Shown here one piece after another: positions 1 through 13,038 of a stretch of DNA of 64,000 nucleotides. Position numbers and translations under genes: made by a program. Positions within the stretch are counted from its first letter, which is position 1, and every line of letters starts with the position of its first letter. The stretch covers positions 372,001-436,000 of the forward strand of contig NW_020844892.1 in assembly GCF_003704095.1 (NCBI RefSeq), in the 5' to 3' direction. Source of the stretch: Pocillopora damicornis. Its lineage: Eukaryota. Under the pieces are notes generated by a model. The model saw nothing but the letters and a program-made list of their open reading frames with translations. It did not search any database and was not told the origin of the DNA.

Positions 1-95
1 TATAATAAATGGCCTTGCTTGAGAGTTCAATTATACCAAAAGAAAACTCACTATCATTTCTGAAAAAGTATTAGCGACAATATTACTCAGAAGTA

Positions 96-330
96 TGTAG
101 TAACGACTCTGATCTTTCCGAAAAAATCAGGGGCAATGTGCCAGTTTTTCGATATACGTGGCTATCCTGTTTCTGTCGTTTAAGCGGGCCACCATACAAC
201 ACTCACACAACCTACAGTTCATGCATTTGCTCTGACAAAGGGTTAACCCTCGAAATGTCGGCTTGAAACTCTTTACGATGGCCAATTTACGTTATCAACT
301 CAGTTGATGGTATTCTATTACCCTGTTATA

Positions 331-369
<39 letters not shown>

Positions 370-378
370 TATCCCCTT
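96..378 (+). mobile_element. Degenerate Penelope-like retroelement (PLE) fragment: ORF remnant followed by its terminal (pLTR-type) repeat
   Basis: 96-195 translates, with one frameshift and one stop, as CSNDSDLSEK/SGAMCQFFDIRGYPVSVV*AGHH, resembling the 'CS...F...RGYP' region that follows the RT of PLEs. 229-378 is a repeat that recurs at 40961-41103 and, inverted, at 41801-41881. Family assignment is from motif recognition, not a search. Confidence 0.7.
229..262 (+). ncRNA. Minimal type-I hammerhead ribozyme-like motif, degenerate (G8 to A)
   Basis: GCT-CTGACAA-AGGGTTAACCCTC-GAAA-TG-TC-GGC gives stem I, CUGANGA-like core, stem II hairpin, GAAA, UH site and stem I'. The core mismatch suggests it is inactive. 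Confidence 0.5.
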
Positions 379-540
379 TCTTCATTTCTCAGAAGTACAC
401 CTGTTGTTGTACTCCAGAGAGCCACAAGCATTCGAGATTTGATCATAAGTAAATCTTCCAGCAACTTGGAACTGGCAGTGTCCCTTTCGCAAAACCTAAT
501 CATTCAAAACATCAGATTCATATTTATCTTCTTATCTTAT

Positions 541-1415
541 CTTTACCATCTTCTTCCTCGTCACTCTCATTATCATCACTAAAACCGTCGTCTTCATCAT
601 TACGCATAGTTTTACACGTTTCTCCACTATCTAAACACCCACATTTATCTGTGCAGTTCAGCCCACTCTTTCTACTCTGGCGGGGTTTGTGGAATACCAC
701 TCCCTAGCACACTTGCACTTTACAAGATGAATAATAGCCCGAGGTGCTGGAGGCAGTTTCTTTATCATTACAATTCAATGGTCACTATCCATTTCCAGCC
801 AGAACTCTCTAGTCATGGCAGGATGGGATTTGCTAACACATCATTATTCCACAGTAAAAGTTGATAATGGACTCCTAAGATTGCTTTTTAAAGAGCAGCT
901 TGGTTCGGTGGCAGCCTCTCCGACTGAGCTTTTTTCTTCCTAAAAAGCAATCATCTCAGTTCTGTCACAGAACATATTTCTGTCCTAGGGAGATAAAGCT
1001 GACACACAGGTCTCTTGATTGAAGCCGTAATCTCAGCCCCGGGAATCAAACCTGTACCTCCAAGTTCAGAAAGACCAATAATGATTTCAGCTTCCACGAA
1101 AGCTTTCCAGCATGTGGTTTCCCCTTTACCCAACAACAATCAGTGTTGTCTGCTCCTTTCAAAGCTGGGAGAGTGGTTGCCTTTTCGAGGCCTATGGTGC
1201 AAAAATTGGCCGAAGAATAATTTCTCAGTGGTTCCTTCCAGTAACAAAAGGGGTGTTCTTACAAATACTTAATAAAATAATGCCTGAGGACAAAGATAAA
1301 AACCTCTGTGTCAAGATCATGTCGTAACTCTGGCTGTAGTACCCATGGCATGTAAAATAATCTCCGTGTCTGCTCCCTCTTGTTTGCTTTGGAGCTGAGA
1401 AAATCTTGATCTGAT
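541..1415 (-). mobile_element. Degenerate Academ (AcademX-type) DNA transposon ORF remnant: XPG/FEN1-like nuclease region, Cys-rich finger and acidic tail
   Basis: Minus-strand pieces in order: SKQEGADTEIILHAM, LDTEVFIF, LPAL..GADNT..GKGETTCWKAF, VCQLYLPRTEICSVTELR*LLFRKKKAQSERLPPNQAAL, HYQLLLWNNDVLANPILP, PPAPRAIIHLVKCKC, KSGLNCTDKCGC, DDNESDEEED. Many stops and frameshifts. The EAD / DTD / GxD order matches XPG-type nucleases. Confidence 0.7.
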
Positions 1416-2189
1416 GTGTCTGATTTCTGCTGCGTCACGATAATTTACCTGATCCCTCAAGAGGCTCCGAGATGAGTTATCCCTTTCTCATTGGTAGTCA
1501 ATTATCTACAGGCTCCCCTTTATACTCTATTGGCAACAACGGATTTCCCCTCTGTTTTCTCCGAAAACCATGTGATTTCCCCCAAATCTTACAGTTTCAG
1601 CTAAAACAAATATCCATGCTGTCTATGAAGAATAGCAAAGTATTTTTAGTAGCCCAGCCTCACTTCCATGCTCACTTGGTCACGTGACAAATCTTGTGAC
1701 TCACAGTTATCAAATTAAATATGTGTTTAAGCAGGAGCCCATCACTTGGTTTAAGACATCAACGAGAACATTGATTTATATCTTTGGTTCTATTTTGGCG
1801 CTATTTTCTTACTATAAACGAGGTTAAAAGATGCTTCATGTAGTAGCTTCGTTTTCATGCAGGGTCTTCAGGGGCATCTCTAAAACATTCTCTAAAAAGC
1901 GCTTTAGCAGGTTGCAAAAGTGGCAACACGACTTTTTTGGTTATTTTGGGTCCCCTGGATATATCTAATGTAGTAGCTCACTTACAGAAACAAATTCCCA
2001 CAGAAGTACAAATGCTAGAATTAAAAAAATATAGCTCGTAGAAGCTTTAGATATTGAAATGATCATTAGTTAAGAATAAGTTTTACAGTAGAGCGCAGAT
2101 GTTTTGAGTTTGGGAAATGACATACTCAAATTAGTATTTCCCGTCGGTTGTTTTGCATAGGTCATCGAGGACTGCTGCCTTGCGTGCGC

Positions 2190-2390
2190 AAACTTCCCGC
2201 GCTCCGGATTTTAGCCAATCAAATCACGCGGTGGAAACGTAACAATAGGTCTCAATACGAGATAGTTTCATCCATATGATTTCACATCATGTTTTTCCGC
2301 CCAGCGAAGTTTATCGATGGTTTGTGCCGAATGATATCGACAGTATCTGGTGGAAGTAACGGATTAAACGTGGCGTTGAATAAGGTAAGT
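2190..2390 (+). promoter_or_regulatory. Promoter-like CpG-rich segment and probable first exon with 5' splice site
   Basis: TTCCCGCGC (E2F-like) and AGCCAATCA (CCAAT/NF-Y) motifs, followed by a perfect AAG|GTAAGT donor at 2385-2390. Confidence 0.45.
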
Positions 2391-2513
2391 CGACCACTTT
2401 CCCAGCATTTTGTAGAGACTTCTCGTTTTAATGGAAGAGTATGTGGCTAACTTGAGAGCTAACCCACGTTTTCTTCATAAAGGAACGGTAGAATTTTAGA
2501 TCCATTAGGTGAT

Positions 2514-2671
2514 GGTAAGATTTCCGCACAGCCCCATACTATTATATAAAATAAAGCCGTAGCCCTCAAGGCATTCTATCGTTTTCGTCATTGTTGAGCT
2601 GTATGCATGATGAAGAATGGTGTTGTGCAGAAATCTTACCGGTGAGCAAGATTTACGCACAGCCCCATACT
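2514..2671. repeat. Short inverted and direct repeat array, probable MITE remnant
   Basis: GGTAAGATTTCCGCAC (2514-2529) is inverted at 2625-2640 (GTGCAGAAATCTTACC). AAGATTTMCGCACAGCCCCATACT is directly repeated at 2517-2540 and 2648-2671. Confidence 0.6.
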
Positions 2672-2970
2672 GAGATAAAGAAAACCATGGCGGAAACAAT
2701 AATTTGACCTTGAGACTGGTGCTTTGTTTTGGAATAGTTTGGATTGTACGGAAATCCTTCCGAGTAATTTGTCTCGCCAATAGTAATATATGCCTGTATC
2801 TGAATGAGAATCCTACCAGGGGATTTGCAGCCATTTGTTGGCTTGCACGACAATGAAATTTGATTTGGTCGATATGTTTTAAAATGTCGTTGAAATTTGG
2901 GTTCGATCTGCGAGGAACTGGGCGGACTTCATTTCCTTCACACTCCAATTCCAACCTTGTTCCCATTCTG

Positions 2971-3015
2971 CAGTGGCAGATCCAGGGGGAAGGGTCTGGT
3001 GGGTCAGAACACCCA
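2971..3015 (+). mobile_element. Isolated hAT-like transposon terminus
   Basis: CAGTGGCAGATCCAGGGGGAAGGG resembles CAGTGGCGGATCCAG-type termini of non-autonomous elements. No partner end seen. Confidence 0.35.
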
Positions 3016-4794
3016 TAAGGCCTGTGAGTATTTTAAGTACTTGTCTGAAACAAAAATTATTCCATCAATACAATGGCATACATCTGGTTAATATGAAGCA
3101 GTTGATATTTACAGGTATTGAAAAAAATTCCTCTTTTGTCTCTGGAAAAAAATAACTGGAAATCTGTTTTCAGGCGTATGCAGATGGGAAATGTGAATGC
3201 ATCTAACATAAGTCAGATGTTTGACTGTCTGATTACTTCTTGAACAGATTGCTTTATCACTGAGCTCAGCCTTTGTCGGTCTACCCTATTTTAGGCTAAT
3301 TATCTTTGAGTAATAGACCCACAAAAACTAACTGACCTGCTTGATTGTGAATGATTGTGAATGTTTTTGTTCATGACTTTTCACTTAAACACCAACAAAC
3401 TAACTCTTGATCATGGCAAAACACTACAAGATATTAAGAACACCCCTATCAAATCTGATGTATTGGAATTTTAATCAAGACCTTGAGTACTCTTGACAAA
3501 AGCTAGTTATGGACAGTGTTATTGCTCCTTAAAAGGACTCTTATCAATGCTTGCTAAGATTTTACAAGATTTGTATAGCTTCCTTTGTGGTCATATGCAA
3601 TCAATTAACCCAACATTGTCAGCCAGCTATGAGAGAAATGATTGAACCTCTGATAGGTGAAGAACTACTTTGAATAATGTTGTGACCAATATTACTCTGC
3701 TTCAAATGTTCTGCTGCTAGTAGAGACAACAATTTTCTGTGATGCTTCTGTTTGATATTTTGGTTCACCAACAACATGTTTGGTCGAACATGTTTGATTT
3801 CAAGTGTATGGTCACCCAAGATTTCCTTTTGAATTCTGTCTTAAGACCTAAACTGTCATGCCCTTCACTTTAGACATGGCCATAATTTGTCGCCAACATA
3901 CTGCAGCACTCCTCTTATAAAGGGTGCAGATTCTTCTGTTCTTGTGAAAAATTTATCTCAGAGCCCAGTCCTTTCTCATGATCAAGTGTGGGTTTATTGA
4001 TTTGATGGCCACCACAAAGGTTATATCAGACTTGTGTAGCCTGCCATTGGAACATTCTCAATATTTTCTAGCTTGAGAAACCATTAAGAAACATTTTGTC
4101 AATTTTTGCAACTTACAGATTACATTGACTGTGAATTTACTGTCTAAGCAAACACAGGAGAAAAAAAGACAATCCTCTGAATTGTGTTTTTTTTTATCTT
4201 ATGATCATCGAACTGCACTAGCTGTCAATGTGTTCTCAAGTTTCCTGGGAATGTGCCCTGAAGAAGGGGAGGTCTGTGTCTGAACTCTAGGAATCAAAAT
4301 GACTTATTTGTTCAAGGATAAGTCTCTCAGTCTCCTGATACCTAGAATTGCTCCATAATGGCTGTGTACACATGGCAAAGCTGTGGAGTTTTTTTTCAAA
4401 ATCCTGCTTATGTCCACCCTTTGTATCCTTCTTTTTAAAGATCACAGATAGGTTTATGGTCCATGGGGGTTGCATAGTCCTAGATAAAAAGCTGTAGTCT
4501 CTAGCTTCAGAATGCTGACCAGGCTGAGCTAGTTAAGGCTAGATTTGCTCCTCAACTATTTTGGATGGAGCAAAGTGTGTGTCATCTTTGATCTAGAGTT
4601 GCTGGAACTGTTACTTAGTTGAATAACCTCATTTTCAAGGTCAGATTTTCCTCATTAAGCTAGTGTTGTGTACAACCCGCATCTGTAGTACTCTTTTCAT
4701 AGGCTTTACGAGTCGGTTGTGTGTCTTTTTAAAGAATAATTATTATTTTAAAAGATATCTCTGATTTGTTTGATATTAACCTAGTAATTCACTG

Positions 4795-5030
4795 GAGTGG
4801 CTCACCTGCACCCTCTTTGTAGCTCAGTGTGTCCTGGTAATCGGACCTCAGATTAGAACTGGGTCAGGACAAAACCCCTGAATAAGACTCAGATTTTTCT
4901 CTTTCTTTGCATGCTACAATTGTTTCATCATTTATTGACAACCATGCAAGCCCAAATTTATAGTATTTCCTTGTTCGTGTTCCTTAAAGGATGCTTTGGA
5001 CATAGCTTATCCTAGCAAAGTATGCATTGC
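4795..5030 (+). repeat. Highly decayed tRNA-related SINE-like repeat
   Basis: A-box-like GTAGCTCAGTG, then GACTCAGATTTTTCTCTTTC and TCCTAGCA..GTATGCA blocks recalled from a common coral repeat. Weak. Confidence 0.3.
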
Positions 5031-5112
5031 ATTTCTTGTGTCTTGATGTACTTCATATATATATATTTATTATTGACCGAGCATGAGGTCATTTTTCTCC
5101 TCTTCCTCTTAG

Positions 5113-5152
5113 ACATAAGTTAAAAGTGGTGCATGTATATTTCGCAGAAAAT
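5113..5152 (+). other. Candidate 40-nt internal exon of an unannotated transcript
   Basis: Branch-like TATTGAC, long pyrimidine tract ending TCTTCCTCTTAG (AG 5111-5112), donor GTAAGA at 5153. Confidence 0.4.
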
Positions 5153-8100
5153 GTAAGAATTAGTGTGAAGCATGAAATTCTGGTCATCATTACTGTGTAT
5201 ACTATTGCCATACAAGATGTTGATCCAGAACCTTGCTCTCTACTTTAGAAGCAAACCAGTGCAAATCAACAAGTCAACTGACTCACTGCACTTTAAACAT
5301 GCTATTATTGTGTTGAGTTGTCAGGCTCAATTCTGAATTGTCTTGTGCTTAAGGCGCCTGAAGCTCAATAGCAATGCAGGTATTTGTTGAAACATTTGAA
5401 TCAGTTTTTTCATGCTACTTATAGTCTGGTACTTTGCACCTTTGCACCATTGATATTGATCATTATGCATAAAAAGCTTGACTTGTAAGTTAAGCATGAG
5501 AGGGAAAATAAGGGTTGTGGTAACAATTAGTTATTTGTAGCAATAGCAGCATCTCTATTCACATGTTTGCCCCATTTTGTATCCTTTTTTTTACTTGATT
5601 ACTTCTTACAGTGTCAGACCTTCCCCCAGAACAAAAACCAAGCAAGTTCTCTGCATTAGAACACCATTGATAATAAAAATAACAACAACAATAGTTATTT
5701 GTTGCAGAAATAGTGGATTGATAATTATCACATAGATGTATAACAAAGAAAATTTTTTTTCCAGTTATATAGTCATGTATGTGTTGGCTCTACTAGTAAA
5801 GACTCTAACTTTTGCTTGTCATAGAGTAGTGTGAACAAAATCAAAGTATGTAAAATATTTGTGGTCTATGATTTCATCACTGGATTGTGTGATCAAGGGT
5901 ATATTAGCAACTAACCACTGGTACCCTCCAGAATGAATCCTGCTTTTCTAACATGTGTAAATTTCGTGATACTATGGAGACTTCATACCTAGGAACCTGC
6001 CTGCCAATAATAAGGAAAAGCAAAAAACAATGTTTGAAGAACCATACTGATGAGAATGCATCACTGTGTACCTCTCCACAAATTCTGCCCAGTTATTATC
6101 TAAGCCTATTCTGTTAATTAAAAATCGTGGTGATTAGTCAGAAGTTTTCACTGCCAAATAATTGTTTTGACTTTCTCTTCCTCAATATTTGCATGAATTA
6201 ACAGCATAAACCTGCTCTAACAAATAGTTGCATTTGCATAGCCATTTTTTCTTTCATTTCTTTATCGTTAATTTCGATTCCGAAAAAAGGTCAATTCACT
6301 GTTTAGCTGCCCCTGAGAAAAAGTATCAAGAATTCCCAGGAAGAAGAATTTTTATTACCCTCTCGCAACCACAGGTTTTCTGCTGTTTCCTTCTGATAGT
6401 CAAATTCTTAGCATTGATATAATTATGATTCAGCGCCCTGATTACCCTGCAATTAACACCACTATTATTGAAATATACAATTATTATTTTTTAATCATGT
6501 TATCATTATTATTATTATTATAATTGATATTAATCCTCGTGGTCCGTTGACAATCCAACATTTTACCTCTGATTCTAAAACCAAAACTAAGTGCGTTCAT
6601 CAACACGCGGGCTATCATGCTTCATGTGTAGTTTAATGATTTCATAGCACCACCCATTTTGTTTGAAAAATTCCTCCGTGAGATTTTATCGGTACTCTTT
6701 TTTCGTTTACAACATATCGCATGTCGGGAAAATTGCAAGGAAGAGTGCGTATAAGTGATTATTGAAACCGTTCATAACAGCAACACCTGCCCTTATCTGT
6801 GGAATTGGTACGTCACTCTTAAAAAAATATATATTTACACGGCTTTACGTAAAACACAATTTTTGTTATTGATTTAGCAACTTTTATTTCTGCAACATAC
6901 GTCTTGCCATCTGTGCTGTCTGTTATTCAAGCTGGACTCTTCATCGTGGTCATTATTATTAACAGTTTAGCGTCGAATTTAGGCGCTGGCTTTCATCTTA
7001 TTGGGCAATTTCTCCTCTTGTGGAGTTTCCTTGTAGTGTTACTTCACTGATCATACTTTATCATCTTCTAACTGTTCATATACATATACAATTATTGTTA
7101 TTTTTTGGATAAGATCTTGCTGGTTGTTTTTCTGTCACAGATGTAAAATCAACTGATAGAACTCCATTGTATGTGCTTTTTTCAAATTTGTATTTATAAT
7201 CATTGCTCGCTATTTTAATTCGTGGCAAATGTACGTAATTAAAATGTGTAACTTTTATTCTGCGGCAGATTTGATTTTATTGTCCGTTCCCTTTCTGGCG
7301 ACGTCCGCCATGAAAGATATAGCTGTGGCATAAGTTGTGGCCGGCCTTTTTTCCGATTTGCTTTAAAAAGCTTACCACGTTGTATGATATGCCATCAATT
7401 TTTATATTTCTATAGTTTATGATCTTGTGTTCATGGTCAGTTATAAAAATTTAACTTTTAGTGGAAACTTACTTTATTTACCATTTTCTTAAACTCTCCG
7501 TTTAGATGGCAACCACGAAAAAAAGCAGGTTTGAGGGTTTTCTCTTTTCCTCTTACTTATAGGCCTTGCATGTAGAAACCAACCACCATCTATCCTGTGA
7601 AATTTTCTTCAGCTTCAAATGAAAAACAGCCGGTTTTTAGGACTATTCATTGTTTCAGCATTTCACTGATTGTTGACCTAACGATAAACAGTAACAAAGA
7701 AAAACCTACTTCCTTTGTGTGCTTTGTGACAAGCGGTTTCCTGTGAGGTATTCTGTATTTATGTTTCCAATTAACACCGTCGTAGAGAATTGATGGAAAT
7801 TGCTTTAAAAAGCCAAAGCTTCCAGTCGGCGCGTTTTCTGGAAATGGTAAACACAAGCGGAAAGTAAAGTACAGTTCATTGTTTTAATAGGACGTACGAT
7901 TTTCAAAAGGAATGTTCGGAAGAGTTTTTCACAGATTTATAGGTCGTGAGAAAGAGAAAGCTGCTTTCCCGGTCGAGTGTAAAGTGTCAGATTCGGAAGA
8001 TGAATAACCACACTGCCGAGCTGTAGTTTTGGCCCAGTAATAATTATTAATGCTGATGGTTTTTTTAATTACTTTAAATTTGCCGGAAAAAGGGTAAATT

Positions 8101-11100
8101 GACAGTAGGCTTTGCATTATGAATTCTAATTATTATTCTCCATTGTAAATTCTAAATCGTTGCCGGTATAGACTAACAAAGTTGGATGTATTGGGATTTG
8201 AAATTTCCAATTCCTCTCTCATTCTTAGACCCAATTCAAAATATGTTTTAAATTCTAAGATATGAGTATTACTCTGTCGATAATTCACAAACCAAATGAA
8301 AACAAAGAAAACAACTTGAACATTTAAACATAGTCGACCTTTTCTTTGCTTTACTTTGGTCATATCTCGTCTTCAAATGAAAATTCTCGCTCGTTTGATT
8401 AAGTTATGTAATCATTGCTGTTGAGAATGATTCTTTAGGCTCTCATGACACATGCTTTACATTTCAAGCCACGAATTAATACGTCAAAGAAAGACGTTCG
8501 CACCATGTATGTTACAATATTTTCATTTCATTAACTGTTTCACTTCTGTTAATTTCTACGTTATACTTGCCCTGGGCATTACCGTACAAAAAGGGACTGT
8601 ATTTTTTTTAAGTGAATTTTTATGGCAAAGAGAAAATAATTCGTTGACCCAAATATTTCAATTATTTTTAGCCTTGTTGGGAAGAAATTCAGGAATTAAC
8701 TGCCCATGAAGTACACGTTGGGAAGTAAAGAGGGTTGGAGACCCTGTTACAGGTTAAATGCTACCAATTGTGTGGTGTAATATGTTGATGTGATGATAAA
8801 AATACATTTTTCCAACGAGAGTATCATTTTAGCAAACTGGGGCGGAAACTGTCTCATAGTCGATGTTTGTTTACTTCGTTTCCACTGTTCGAGGCCAGTA
8901 AATTATCTGCATTTGGTTTCCAATGTCTTTGGTAAATTGGACAAGAAACAGTAATTTGATAGTGAGATTGAACTTAGAACGTGTATTAGTGCAAAGTTTT
9001 GAGAGAGTAGCAAATGTAGCGTCTTACAAAAGGTATTGAGACTTTCAATGTTGTCTTGTTATAGTCGGTCATTTCGTTTCCCTTTGGAAAAAGGTATAAA
9101 ATGATAGGGAAAATTCTGCGTTATTGCACAGACATGAATCCCTTGTAGTTTGCCCCCAGTTACTTCTACACTTCACTTTGAAAGATATACATGTATCTTC
9201 GCCGTGTCTTTATGTTTTCGTTTCAGCTTCGTTTTCACGCGTTTTTTATCATTATTTCTCTAATTTTGTAAAAGGTATTATATTAACTGATCTGATTTTA
9301 TGTGAACGAACTTTACCTGAAACAGCATCAAACCATGCATTGGTTCCGTATCAAAGAAGCCTCGTTGCTAATGGATTTAGCTTGTTTGTTTTGATGCCAT
9401 GGCGTTAATTTTTTTCATTTTCTTAAGCAAAATGAGTAGAATTTTTCTTTTCTATCGTGTATCTACTTGTTGGTTCTCAGGCAGGTTCATGTCGTCCTTT
9501 GTCTTCAGTTTGGAATTATTATGTATATAATTTTTTCTTCATTACTCGTGATTCTTGTTCGCCCTAATTTCAGTACCGTTTGTATTTCAACGCGGTTTGT
9601 GTTCCAAGAACTCAACATTCTAAACTTTTATCTTATACATCGAGTGCTTTCGGAATAGCTTCAAGAGTATTTCTTTCAATCATATGGTGAAGAATTGGGA
9701 GCTTTCCAATTGGGACTATCGAGAGGTACTTTTTTTTATCCCATGATCAAGCTGGAAGATTTTGCTTAAAAACATATACATCAACAATTCGAGGCAGTAG
9801 TGAATGTCGTGTCAGTACGAAACGTGTCGAGAATGACATTCATGTAGGTACTCCATATTAACGATAAATTTGTAGATTTGGATTTCAAATTGATAATTAG
9901 ATTATGCTGAATTCGAATTAAAGGAGTTTTCAACTTCAGAGTTTGTAATCATCGTTCTTAAAAATTTTAAGAGTTAAGGAGAGGTGAGATCAGGTTGAAA
10001 AAGGGAAACAATTTTCTCAGCTATGCTATGCTCTTGAAAAAGACGAATATTTGAATATTTTCGGCTATTGATAATATCGAGCTATTGATGTCAACTATTT
10101 CCCTACTCTTAGAAATGAAGATCCCCATTTTCATAGGTTGAAGGATACTAATGTTTCTGCTTTCTTTGGCCCCTAATTTTTTGGGTGCTGAGAATTATCA
10201 GTCTTATTTCCATTCTCCTTAAGGGAGAAAATTCGTGATGTTTATTTTATCACCTTCGCAGCATTAAGATGATTTTGATAAGTGAGAAAGCCCAATTCGG
10301 CTTTGGACATGCACAGAACAGAACGTGTATATCTAAGCGTGTCATATCAATCAGGCTGCTAATAAACAGAGGCTCAGGCTATAGAGATACTAAGATAGCG
10401 AGGACTGAGAGAACATAAATGTGTTATGGTAGTAGGCTGCTTTTTCGCAATGATTACATATTTTTGTCAGAAAAGCGTGATGGATAACAATAGCATATTT
10501 AGCTTTTATCAAGCACTATCCACGAACGTATGATGAAATTATTTTACTTAATATCCCATAGAAACCCGCCCCCAAGCTTTAAAGGGACATAGACTTACTT
10601 TAATCGTTAGTCATATGCGTAGCAAAGCAAATATCGCCATTTGTTCGTATTTCGCTACCCGTAAAACCAATATAGATAATATCTCTCCGGGTGATCACTT
10701 TTTACTCTGGACACTTTTCAAATGGGTTACTTTTCTGTTTTTAATATCATTACCTTTATGTCACGAGGCACGTATTTCCTAACCTGTTGGGGTTAGAAAT
10801 TTCCATACCTGACAAGACTCAAACTTTGCTATGTGAAATTTCAGTCGATCGTTTAAATTGGTAATAATGTGAAATGATTTTAAAACCGTTACGTGTGATT
10901 TTGCTCATTTTAACCATTCTTGTCTCGCGAGAATCTTAAACTATCTTTGGACTTTAAGAAAAGGAAGGAAATTAATACGATGAAATTTACTCTATTTGGT
11001 CTAAATGTAGAGTTTGCATGCATGAGTAAAGGTCTTGAAAGTGGACTTAGCAACTGCAATAGCGGATGGCCTCGTTGTCGTTTTGGTCGCCTCAGAAAAC

Positions 11101-13008
11101 GGAAAACGGGTCGATAGCTAGCAAGGAAGACTTAGAGTAAAAGGCTACCACTCAAGTGCAAAGGTTAATTTCATTTTCCTCATATAATATCGACAGAACT
11201 GATATGGTTCGGGTTATTCAAAATTATGGTATCTTATCAAACATGTAATTTTCATCGTAGATGGTTAACGTAAATTTCTAATTTTTTATGTAGATATTTT
11301 GGATATGTCGAAAGAACTCCAGTATCTCTTAACTATACGGACACCTGTGACCTGGTCTTTCCTACTCAGTTTTCTTTCCTTTTGATAGCAATCATTTATG
11401 TTTATCTAAGTAAGGAAGCTCAATTGATTATTGTAACCACAGATCTTTATTTTCTAGTGAAATTATAAAAGTGGCCATCGGTCTTCGCTTATCGCCACGC
11501 TTATAGCGTGATTAAGTTGCAAAGCTTGGGCAGAATTGAATGTGCGCTATTATGAGGAATATAAATGCTTTTATGTACCACACAAACTTCCTTTTTGATT
11601 CTGATGATTTTGATTTTGTTTTAACTTGTTTGGCTTTTGCTGACGTCTCTTTTGGTTTACGGCTTACTTGCTGTGCTAAAAATGCTAATCGCAGAGCAAT
11701 CAAAACTACATAACGTGCTAGCGTGACCAAAACGTGGTTGAAGCTGGATGCGTTACTGAGTGAAAACTAAAGTTAGAGTGAAATTGTTATTTAAGATGTT
11801 GTGTTTCGGTATCCAATGTGCTTTGCAGTGCAGATAAATCTTTTTCTTACTTGAGCTGTCATGGAGTTCGTTCTTTCACTCTATTTTGCCTGAAATCACT
11901 CATGTTTGTCAGGTCAAAAGGTTCCAAGGCGGTAATCTCAGGAGGCGACTTTAATTGATGCGGTGATAAGTCCATCAGCACCTATGGTACTTTCGATTTT
12001 GCTTGTGTTATTTCTTCCTCTTTTAGTAGGTTAGGTAGTTCAAGTGCAAATTGCTCGGCTAAATAGTGGCAAGAGGAATTCTCTACTTTGATGTCATTTG
12101 AGAATCTGTCACTTCAATGTTCGAACAACGAACCCTTAAATGAACGTTTGAGCACTTTTAAAGTGCGATGCCGTGTATGATTTGTTTGTACAGAAGAAAA
12201 GGAGCTCTTCGTTGCTTTAAAATATAAGTAAGTGTAAATAATCGTCTAAAGTAAGTGTGAAGTATTGCGCTACTTCTATTTTTTTTTAGGTTATCTTTCA
12301 CACTCACAATCTCTTTAAAGATGTCTACGGAGTAAAACGTTCAAATACTTTGCACTGTATTGTTAGTGTTCATACGCTTGTCCAAATTATCTGGATCGGG
12401 CTTAGTGGGCTTGAGATGGGTAGTTCCGTTTAGTCTTTAGGCAGTTTATCTTCTCTGTTGGTGGTAGCGTAAGGCGCAAGTCGCACGAGGCATAACATTC
12501 TGCAAGTTTCTTTGATGCTGGGAACTGTGTTGGCGAACAAAGGTCAGTCAACTTCAGATGCGCGCTTTTAAAATATACTTCAGAAATTTCAGACAAAGGG
12601 CCTGTGTGACTTATTTTTTAGATTTAGGTGGGGTGTTGAAAAACTATCGGAGGATTTTTTTAGTTAGGAAACAGCGTCCTAGTTGTTGAGTTATTTTCAT
12701 CTTGATGTGCTTCGTTGTTTTCTTTTATCGTAGAAGCCGATTCTTCGTGTTTACGAAGAGTGCACAATCACTCGGAGTATGTTCCCAGTACTGTTTATAG
12801 GATCATAGGTTAATGTGGACTTAAATAATACGTATCCGTTTTCTTTACCTTAACTGCGTGCACAGGACATGCATAGTTCCTGTAGAGACCAAACAAAAAC
12901 AAAAAATCGTCCAAAAAGCCTTATTAACTCAAGCAGTATTAATATACACGACAAGGTTCAAAAACCGGGTTATTGCCAATTTTGTATGCGTGTTTTCCCC
13001 TTTTCTCC

Positions 13009-13038
13009 CTCTCTCTCTCTCTCTCTTTCTTTTTTTTT
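13009..13038. repeat. (CT)n microsatellite followed by a T-run
   Basis: Directly visible. Confidence 0.9.

Noticed and set aside
304-582. 92-aa ORF, and the similar 40791-41093 ORF
   Set aside because: Both read through the PLE-derived repeat (shared SHRRS.TVS); not genes.
2607-2673. ATGATGA ... CTGA spaced like a C/D-box snoRNA
   Set aside because: No terminal stem, and the would-be guide is part of the local direct and inverted repeat.
2505-2966. 153-aa minus-strand ORF
   Set aside because: No recognisable domain, runs through the inverted-repeat array, and one ORF of this length is plausible by chance in 64 kb.
6890-7315. Minus-strand ATGGCGGAC start and purine-rich exon-like stretch
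   Set aside because: All frames close quickly; no gene model could be built.
10060-10690. Cluster of about seven GATA motifs, and scattered NK-binding TCAAGTG/TAAGTG sites across the window
   Set aside because: Counts are within what AT-rich sequence yields once many windows are scanned.
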